Source: Gammaproteobacteria bacterium (GTDB lineage Bacteria; Pseudomonadota; Gammaproteobacteria; Magnimaribacterales; AG-339-G14). Taken from it: 64,000 nucleotides of DNA. Made by a program: the position numbers and the translations under genes. The stretch's first letter is position 1; each line of letters begins with the position of its first letter. The DNA is taken from contig JAYQJB010000002.1 in assembly GCA_038141925.1 (NCBI GenBank), forward strand, positions 152,214 through 216,213, read 5' to 3'. Shown one piece after another: positions 54,897 to 64,000 of this stretch. A model generated the notes under the pieces. That model saw only the letters and a list, made by a program, of their open reading frames with translations. It did no database searches and was not told the origin of the DNA.

Positions 54897-55283
54897 TTAT
54901 CCAAATAATGTGTGATGAAAAAATCTACCTGGCATCAAAGTAAATGCACCAGCAATTAAAAGTGCCCCAACATAGACACCAATCATCGAATACATATGTG
55001 CGAACTTATATCTTTCTATTCTTGTTGTTTTAAATTTCTTTATATTCCAAATTGAATAAATCAATGACCCAATAGTCCATGGTATTAAAAGATGAATTAA
55101 TGAATATTGACCGGGATTAATTGCTTGAATAAATATTGCTGTCAAAGAAACTATTATTAAAAAAGTTACCCAGATTCGTCCGAGTATTCTATGTTGCTTT
55201 GTGCCCTTTTTAGTTAGGAGGATGTAAAGACCAAGTGGTACTGCAAGTAATGCTAACGTTGCATGAGCATAAATTATTTGCAT
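54897..55283 (-). CDS. DUF2306 family membrane protein (cassette gene)
   Basis: H..LA..LG..KKGT..HRILGRIWV, S.IHLL, H...M...Y.GAL..AGAFTLMPGR. Confidence 0.85.
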   Translation of the reverse strand: MQIIYAHATLALLAVPLGLYILLTKKGTKQHRILGRIWVTFLIIVSLTAIFIQAINPGQYSLIHLLIPWTIGSLIYSIWNIKKFKTTRIERYKFAHMYSMIGVYVGALLIAGAFTLMPGRFFHHTLFG

Positions 55284-55311
55284 TTTTTATGTTGCAATTC
55301 TCTGTTCAAAC

Positions 55312-55353
55312 TTACTCCACCGTGACCGAGTTGAATTGTTTGTACTAGTTTTT
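55312..55353. repeat. att-like copy B: glmS 3'-end remnant plus left 26-bp inverted arm
   Basis: Minus strand TCG GTC ACG GTG GAG TAA = S-V-T-V-E-stop (55312-55329); arm 55328-55353 is the reverse complement of 56722-56747 at 23/26. Confidence 0.85.
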
Positions 55354-55357
55354 TTTC

Positions 55358-55747
55358 TTAGTCATCGTATTTTTTGTTTTGATGGGATTACACCTTCACC
55401 CCACCCCTTGGATCTTTAACATCATTTACATATCTTGGAATTAAATGAATATGAACATGCAATTGTCTGACCATCAATTGTCTGACCACTTACCGAACCA
55501 CAATTAACACCAATATTGTAACCCTGTGGTTTTTTAAATTTTTTATCCAAATAATCTTTTGTTTCAAATATCAATTCATTAAACCCTTTTAACTCCTCTT
55601 CAGTAGAGTCAAAATAACTTGAATAAACTCTTTTTGGAATTATTAATGAATGTCCCTCACTAACAGGGAAGTTATCTAAAATCACAAATCCAATAGAATT
55701 CTCAAAAAAGATGTTCTTGTCATCAAAAAAAAAGGACTTTCATTCAT
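55358..55747 (-). CDS. HIT family hydrolase (indels, 15-bp duplication)
   Basis: D.FPVSEGHSLIIPKR, GYNIGVN.G..SGQTI, HVHIHLIPRY..D..DPRGGV across frames. Confidence 0.85.
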
Positions 55748-56687
55748 TATACTTTTTTTTCTTCAAGTTTAGACCTGTGAATTTTTAAATATTTCTTCAT
55801 ACCTTCTGTGACTGAGATTTTAAATCTCCAGATAGACCGAGTTTTTTAAAATTCTCTTCATTTAAAGTATTGGAGACGATTATCTCTCCCGTATCTTGAA
55901 AAGAAATCAAATGTCTATGAAAAAGAGAATCGAAAAGAGGTGATAATAAAATTCCATTTTCTACATCCAATCTTTCCTCATCATTGGACTCAGACCAACT
56001 CACAATGTGTGATGAAATTAAAATGGATTTAATATTAATACCTGTTATCGGACATTTCCCTCCCCATTTTTCAATAATTTGTTGTCTGTAATATCCTTGA
56101 CCAACTCTAGAAGTAATAACCCTTTTCTTTGAGTTGTATTTGGTTTTTTATAATTTCTCTTTCTTTTATTTGAAACAACTCCTTGTTTTGAAATTTTAGA
56201 CCTAGTGGTCTTACCGATAGAAGAGGGAATTTTTTCCATAAATAGATGTCAATCAGATCTTCATTTTGAGTGTAATCATCATAATCAATATTTTGATAGA
56301 TCATGTGAACAGGTTTAGATGTTCCTTCCTCGTATGAATCATAGGTTAACCTTCCACAATATATAAAGGGTTGAGTAACATTTTTTATTCTTGGGAAAAT
56401 TCTTACAAAAAGATGTGGAATTAAATCACCGTTTACAATTTCCTGTATTTTTGGACTTTCTTGGGTTGTTTGAGAATCCCAATGAAAAAAATCACCTTCA
56501 AAAAAGTCATCAAAATGAAATCTTGTCTCTTTCCCCTTCTTTTCTAAATCAACAAAAAATAAAAAGAGTTAGAGTTTTTTAAATTATAAATTCCTTCCTA
56601 ACCAAAGAGATCTTTGGTTGGTCTAATAAGATTGATAAATCTTTTTTGAATATTTTCACCGACTGCTAATTTATTGTGAGGATCCAT
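55747..56687 (-). CDS. DUF3427-like N-terminal domain fused to an HNH endonuclease (several indels)
   Basis: LFFVDLEK..DDFF..FHWDSQ..HLFVR..TQPFIYCG then SRVGQGYYRQ..W.GKCPITG..LISSHIVSW..ERLDVENGILLSP.FD.LF..HLISF. Confidence 0.75.
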
Positions 56688-56721
56688 TATCTAAAAATTA
56701 CAAATTCGTTCATAATTTAAT

Positions 56722-56759
56722 AAAAACTAGTACATACAATACTACTCAACAGTAACAGA
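56722..56759. repeat. att-like copy A: right 26-bp inverted arm plus functional glmS end
   Basis: aaaaactagtacatacaatactactc (56722-56747) overlaps the glmS stop; minus strand TCT GTT ACT GTT GAG TAG. Confidence 0.85.
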
Positions 56760-58569
56760 CTTAGCTAAATTTCTTGGCTGATCGATGTCGGTTCCTCTAA
56801 GCAGGGCTACTTCGTAAGAAAGAATCTGTAGGGGTACGGTGTAAAGAATCGGCGTCAGTAAGAAATCGCATTCTGGCAGATTGATCAGATTTTTTGCTTT
56901 CAATTTCATATTGCCCGCAGCATTTCCAATGACAAACAATTTGCCCCCTCTTGCTTTTACTTCCTCTAAATTAGAAACCAATTTTTCTGCCAATTCATTT
57001 TCAGGCGCTAAGGCAATAACAGGCATATTCTTGTCAATTAAAGCAAGCGGTCCATGTTTGAGTTCTCCTGCAGGATAAGCTTCAGCATGAATATAAGAAA
57101 TTTCTTTGAGTTTTAGAGAGCCTTCTTTAGCTATTGGATAAAAAATTCCTCTTCCCAAAAATAAAGCGTTATCTTTTTTAGCTATTTCTTTAGCGATTTT
57201 TATAATCTTGGGTTTTAACTCCAATGTCTCAGTTATTTTCTCAGGCAAAGCTCGTAAAGCGCCAACAACTCTCCCCCTTAATCTTGGATTTAGGTTTCTT
57301 GCTTTTGCTAAAGACAAAGTAAGCAACATCAAGGCAGTTAATTGCGTCGTAAAAGCTTTGGTTGAGGCAACGCCTATTTCAGGTCCTGCATTTGTTAAAA
57401 GAACAAAATCAGATTCTCGGGCCAGCGAGCTTGTGGGCACGTTGCAAATGGTAAGCGAACCCAAATAGTTTCTTTCTTTGGCATATCTCAATGCGCCCAA
57501 AGTATCTGCAGTCTCTCCCGATTGTGAAATAGTCAATAACAAAGTATTTTTATCGACGTACGGATTTTTGTAGCGGTATTCGCTCGCATAATCTATTTGG
57601 GTTGGGAGATTTGCTATTGCTGAAAACCAATTTGCTGCCACTCTGCCAGCATGCAGACTTGTGCCTGCAGCAACGATTTGAATTCTTTCTACTTTTGAAA
57701 GTAACTCATTGGAACCTTCTCCAAAAATATTTTCGAGCACATCTTCGCCCCCAATCCTGCCGTCTAGAGTATTTAAAATTGCGGTTGGCTGCTCATAAAT
57801 TTCTTTTTCCATGAAATGGCGATACCCATTTTTGCCCATCGCCTCGCTTGGAGACATCGATAGTGGTAATTTTTCTAATGGCCCTTTTTTGGTTCTTGTC
57901 TAAAATCTTGTACTCTTTAGCAGATACCTCTGCGACGTCCCCATCTTCTAAGAAGACAAATTCATTGGTTAGATCAGCAAGCGCCAAAGGGTCGGATGCA
58001 GCAAACATGCCTGAATCAGATTGGCCCAAAAGAAGCGGCGATTTATTTCTCATGAGATAAAAATGCGATTCATTTTTTAAATCAATGGCAGCAACAGCGT
58101 AAGCGCCCTCAAGTTTTTCTTTCAACAAAGACATGGCTCCTAGCATCTCAATATCTTGGTTTAAGAAAAAATCCAGTTGATGCGCTATCAACTCTGAGTC
58201 GGTTTGGGAGTTAAATTGGTAACCTTTTTTAATGAGTTGTTCTTTCAAGGCAACATAATTTTCAATGATGCCGTTGTGCACGATAAACACCCTGTTATTA
58301 GAAACGTGTGGATGGGCGTTCTCTTCTGATGGCTTGCCGTGGGTAGCCCACCTTGTGTGAGCAATACCAATTTTGCCCTTGGGCTTTTCTTTAACCATTT
58401 TGGATTCAAGCTTTTTGACTTTGCCTAAAGATCTAAGGTGTGCAATATCGTCTATTTGATGCAAAGCCACTCCCGCAGAGTCGTAACCTCGATATTCCAT
58501 CTTGTACAAGCCCTGCACTAAGAGTTTGCCAACGCTTTTTTCAGTAGCTGCTGCAATTATTCCGCACAT
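56742..58569 (-). CDS. glmS: Glutamine--fructose-6-phosphate aminotransferase (frameshift near 57850)
   Basis: MCGI, EYRGYDSAG, HTRWATHG, HNGIIEN, SQSGETAD, VASTKAFT, ELKHGPLAL, DQPRNLAKSVTVE. Confidence 0.97.
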
Positions 58570-59916
58570 TATTTTTTCTTTATATTCCTTTGTCTTGATC
58601 TGCCCAAGGCCAGTCTTTCAGCAGGGACGTCGCTCGTAACAACCGAGCCAGCACCAATCATACTATTTTGTCCGATTTTTATTGGAGCAATCAAAGAGCT
58701 GTTGGAGCCAATAAAAGCACCTTTGCCCACTTTGGTTTTGTTTTTATTTTTACCGTCGTAATTTACAAAAATAGTCCCCGCTCCAACATTAACATTTTCT
58801 GCAACTTGGCCATCGCCAATATAAGCCAAGTGCTCGGCTTTTGTGCCTTTACCGATTTTGCTGCGTTTTACTTCAACAAAGTTTCCAATCTCGGAGTTTT
58901 CTTCAAGGTGAGCATCGGGTCCGATGTGCGCATATGGGCCGGCAGTGACATTTTTTTCTAATATTGCATTTTCAATGAAAGTGTAAGGTTCAATTCTTGA
59001 GCCGTCGCCTATCTTGGAGTTTCTTATGATTGCGCCAGGGCCAATAATGACGTTTTTTCCGATTTCAACTTTTCCTTCAAAGATGCAGTTGATATCGATA
59101 CTACTGCCTTTTTGAATTTTGACCTCGCCTCTAAAATCCACTCTGGCCGGATCAGAGATGATGACTCCTTTTTTTAAAAACTCCTTGGCTTTCAACAGTT
59201 GATAGTTTCGCTCGAGTTGATTGAGCTCTTCTAGATTGTTTGCTCCCAAAACTTCCTCCTTGCTATCAAGTTTGACAGCTTTAACTGGTATTTTGTTCTC
59301 ATTTGCTAAGCTAACAATATCGGTTAAATAATATTCTTTTGCAGCATTTTTATTGTTCAAGCCCTTTATAAGCTCATCAAGCTTATTTGAAGCAACTGCC
59401 ATAATTCCGGAATTTACTTCGGTGATTTTCTTTTGCTCTTTTGATGCATCTTTCTCTTCAACAATTCCAAGCACCTTGCCCCCAGAACTTCTAATGATTC
59501 TGCCGTAGCCTTTCGGCGTTTGTTGCTCAAATGAAAGCAGGGCGAGACTGCTTTTTCCAGCTGTTTTTAACTAAGTTGTTCATCGTAGAGCTTTTCACTA
59601 AGGGCACATCGCCATAAAGAATAAGCGCTATCGACCCAGCTCTTAGGCCTTTTAAAGATTGTTTTACCGCATGTCCTGTGCCCAATTGTTTTGCTTGTTT
59701 GGACCATTTACTATTTTTAGGAACAGATACAGATGCTTTTACCAAAGAGGCTTGGTCGCCAACAACAATGTGAGGCTGACAACTTTTTAATTCGAGAGAA
59801 GTATCTAAAACATGCTGCAGCAAAGCTTTTCCGGCAACTTGTTGCAATACTTTTGGCGAAGCAGATTGCATTCTCTTGCCTTTGCCAGCAGCTAAAATAA
59901 TTGCATCGATTTTCAT
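58569..59916 (-). CDS. glmU: Bifunctional UDP-GlcNAc pyrophosphorylase/acetyltransferase (frameshift near 59540)
   Basis: ILAAGKGKRM, QLGTGHAV, LYGDVP, EYYLTD, GNFVEVK, hexapeptide repeats. Confidence 0.95.
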
Positions 59917-59963
59917 GAACAGCCCAGATTAGAGCGTATTCTAGATTTTTAAGGGGCTTTTGA

Positions 59964-60378
59964 CTATTTCTTTCGCATTTTGCGAAGCGTTTGCAATCTC
60001 GCAGCAACTTCAGCAAGCTCAGCTTTGGCTTTGGAAAAATCTACATCTGAGCTGGCATTATCTCTTGCCCTTTCTGCCAACTCTCTGGCTCTCTCAGCCT
60101 CTGCCTCATCAATATCTTCCGCTCTTTCAGCAACATCGGAAAGCAAGGTTACTGCATCTGGCTGAACTTCGATGAATCCACCGGACAGAAAAAATACTTT
60201 TTCTTCGCCGCCCTCTAAAATTACCTTCACCGGACCTGCTTTGATACCTGTTAGAAGTTGTGAGTGTCCTGGTGTGATGCCGAGTTCTCCTAAAGTTCCT
60301 GTAGCAACCACCATTTCGACCTGGCCAGAAAAAATTTCCGACTCAGCGCTTAACGATGTTGCAAAGAATTGTCGACAT
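59964..60378 (-). CDS. atpC: ATP synthase F1 epsilon subunit (frameshift near start)
   Basis: GELGITPGH, SGGFIEVQP..VTLL.D.A, position after atpD. Confidence 0.93.
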
Positions 60379-60380
60379 GC

Positions 60381-61766
<1,386 letters not shown>

Positions 61767-61776
61767 TCAATAATTT

Positions 61777-62637
61777 TTATAATGCTGCAGCTCCACCGAC
61801 AATTTCAGAAAGTTCCTAAGTAATTGCCGCTTGTCTGGCATTGTTGTAAATAAGTTGTAATTCGTCGATGAGAGTGCCCGCATTTTCTGTAGCATTTTTC
61901 ATCGCAATCATTTTTGCCGCTTGCTCGCAGGCTATGTTTTCAATCACGGCTTGGTAGACCAAAGATTCAATATAGCGCTGCATTAAACCGTCTAACAATT
62001 CTTTCGCATCTGGCTCATAGTTGTAGTCCCATCTGTGTTTCAACTCAGGTGTATCTTCTGCTAAGAGCGGTAAAAGTTGTTTGATTTCTGGCTGCTGCGT
62101 CATGGTATTAACAAATCTGTTACTAGCTAAATAAACCTTGTCGATTTCTCCTGCTTCAAATTTTTCCAGCAAGATTTTTATCGAGCCAATCAAATCCTCT
62201 AAAGCAGGCACGTCTCCAAGCTTTTCAGCAGCTGCAACGACGTTACCCCCATAAGAGTTAAAGAATACCTTTGCCTTAGTGCCAACCGAACAAAACTGTT
62301 GGCCAATTCCTTGATCAGCCTGTTCCTTTAGAAAGCCGACCAAGTTTCTAAATAAGTTTATGTTTAAACCGCCACACAAGCCTTTGTCAGAACTTACGAC
62401 AATGATGCCGATGTTCTTAGTTTCTCTTTCGGTCATATATAGAGGCTTGTATTCAGGATTTGAATTAGCCAAATGGCCGATAACGGAGAGCATGCGATCT
62501 GCATAGGGTCTGCCCATTTCCATTCTGTCTTGGGTTTTGCGCATCTTACTGGAAGCGACCATTTCCATGGCGCTCGTAATTTTTTGCGTATTTGAAATAC
62601 TAGAAATTTGTTTTCTTATTTCTTTTGTATTTGCCAT
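61777..62637 (-). CDS. atpG: ATP synthase F1 gamma subunit (premature in-frame TAG at 61816, likely error)
   Basis: [27 protein letters not shown]-(TAG)[16 protein letters not shown]. Confidence 0.95.
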
Positions 62638-62638
62638 T

Positions 62639-64000
62639 TTACCAATTTTGGGTTGATTTGAATTTTTCTAGAGCTTCTTTGAAACTTGCAAGCACGTCAT
62701 CGGAATATTCTCCGGTTTCGTCTAAGTTAGCCATAAGTTCCTTATATTCAGAAGCCATGAAAGAAAGCAGAGCAGATTCAAAATCAGCTACTTTGTTGAG
62801 CTCTACGTCTTTCATATAGCCTTCGTTAACTGCAAAAAGCATTACAGACATTTCTCCAACTGACATTGGTGAATACTGTTTTTGTTTCATAACTTCAGTT
62901 ACTTTTTGTCCTTGTTCTAACTGTTCGCGTGACGCATCATCTAAATCAGATGCAAATTGCGCAAATGCTTCTAGCTCTCTGAATTGGGCTAAAGCTATTC
63001 TTACTCCTCCGCCAAGCTTTCTAATCGATGGCAATTGAGCTGCCCCACCTACCCTAGATACTGAAATCCCTGGATCCATAGCCGGCAAAATACCTTTGTT
63101 GAAATAAGAAGTATCCAAAAATATTTGTCCATCAGTAATTGAAATCACATTCGTAGGTACGAAAGCCGATACGTCCCCTGCTTGGGTTTCAATAATGGGA
63201 AGTGCTGTCAGTGAACCGGTTTTGCCTTTTACTTTTCCGCCGGTTTCTTGTTCAACATATTCTTCGTTGACTCGTGAAGCTCTTTCGAGCAACCTTGAGT
63301 GAAGGTAGAAAATATCACCTGGGTATGCCTCTCTTCCTGGTGGTCTTTTTAGCAGCAACGAAATTTGTCTGTAGGCAACTGCTTGTTTTGACAAGTCATC
63401 ATAAATGATCAAAGCATCTTCGCCTTTATCTCTAAAGTACTCTCCCATTGAACAGGCAGAATATGGAGCCAAGAATTGCATTGGAGCTGGGGCAGCTGAT
63501 GCTGCAGCTACAACAATGGTGTGATCCATTGCGCCAAATTCTTCCAGCTTTCTGACTGTTGCAGCTATTGAGGATTGTTTTTGACCAATGGCTACATAAA
63601 TGCAAGTCATATTCTTGCCTTTTTGGTTGATGATCGCGTCAATGGCGATAGCAGTTTTTCCTGTCTGTCTGTCGCCAATAATCAATTCTCTTTGGCCTCG
63701 TCCAATAGGCACCATGCTATCTACCGCTTTTAGGCCGATTTGAACTGGCTGATCAACTGGCTTTCTAAACATTACCCCAGGAGCAACTTTCTCAACTGGC
63801 GAAGTTAACTTGGAACCAATGTCGCCTTTACCATCGATTGGATTTCCTAGTGCATCTACTACTCTGCCAACAAGCTCGTCGCCGACTGGAACTTCTAGAA
63901 TTCTGCCTGTACATTTTGCTGTGTCTCCCTCAGAAAGTAATTTGTAATCCCCAAAAATTACAACTCCTACAGAGTCGCGTTCCAAATTCAATGCCATACC
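62639..64000 (-). CDS. atpA: ATP synthase F1 alpha subunit (5' part outside window)
   Basis: [31 protein letters not shown]. Confidence 0.97.
   Translation of the reverse strand, partial: GMALNLERDSVGVVIFGDYKLLSEGDTAKCTGRILEVPVGDELVGRVVDALGNPIDGKGDIGSKLTSPVEKVAPGVMFRKPVDQPVQIGLKAVDSMVPIGRGQRELIIGDRQTGKTAIAIDAIINQKGKNMTCIYVAIGQKQSSIAATVRKLEEFGAMDHTIVVAAASAAPAPMQFLAPYSACSMGEYFRDKGEDALIIYDDLSKQAVAYRQISLLLKRPPGREAYPGDIFYLHSRLLERASRVNEEYVEQETGGKVKGKTGSLTALPIIETQAGDVSAFVPTNVISITDGQIFLDTSYFNKGILPAMDPGISVSRVGGAAQLPSIRKLGGGVRIALAQFRELEAFAQFASDLDDASREQLEQGQKVTEVMKQKQYSPMSVGEMSVMLFAVNEGYMKDVELNKVADFESALLSFMASEYKELMANLDETGEYSDDVLASFKEALEKFKSTQNW

Larger units (their letters stand above)
55322..56753. 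mobile_element. Non-autonomous cassette integrated in the 3' end of glmS
   Basis: Flanked by duplicated glmS terminal codons and 26-bp inverted arms; distinct GpC-free composition; no recombinase inside. Confidence 0.78.

Noticed and set aside
54625-55310. Inverted arms for the older cassettes (aacaga near 54630, tctgtt near 55301)
   Set aside because: Only about 6 bp match at the symmetric position, too weak to claim.
56600-56619. 9-bp inverted repeat aaccaaaga-ga-tctttggtt
   Set aside because: Lies inside the HNH gene coding sequence with no regulatory context; probably chance.
55335-56740. Tn7-like transposon at attTn7 (inner ends begin TGT, next to glmS)
   Set aside because: No 5-bp target duplication (AGTAT vs ATTCA), no repeated TnsB sites or tns genes, the symmetry extends outside TGT, and glmS codons are duplicated, which Tn7 does not do.
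54596-56763. CRISPR array or classical integron attC array
   Set aside because: The repeats are short, degenerate at synonymous positions and spaced by whole genes; no cas or intI gene and no attC-type R-box hairpins were seen.

Overview
AT-rich (about one-third G+C), gene-dense marine gammaproteobacterial chromosome segment. Gene content and compactness suggest a SAR86-like streamlined organism (inference). Many genes, including essential ones (glmS, glmU, atpC, nadB), carry single-base indels, so the sequence looks like an imperfectly polished long-read consensus and split ORFs are merged below. Content: core genes (uvrD, nadB, rlmN, pssA/psd, atpAGDC-glmU-glmS), a TRAP transporter, a two-component/c-di-GMP cluster, an rmlBDA-glycosyltransferase insert flanked by a duplicated methyltransferase half-gene, and many lipid/oxidative catabolic enzymes. 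No tRNA, rRNA, CRISPR, integrase or transposase was seen. The most striking signal lies downstream of glmS. Three degenerate copies of the last glmS codons (..VTVE-stop) separate small gene cassettes. The newest cassette is bounded by 26-bp inverted arms symmetric about a shared GT dinucleotide and encodes a DUF3427-like/HNH nuclease and a HIT protein. It is almost free of the dinucleotide GpC (2 in about 1.47 kb by eye), so its proteins are essentially alanine-free.
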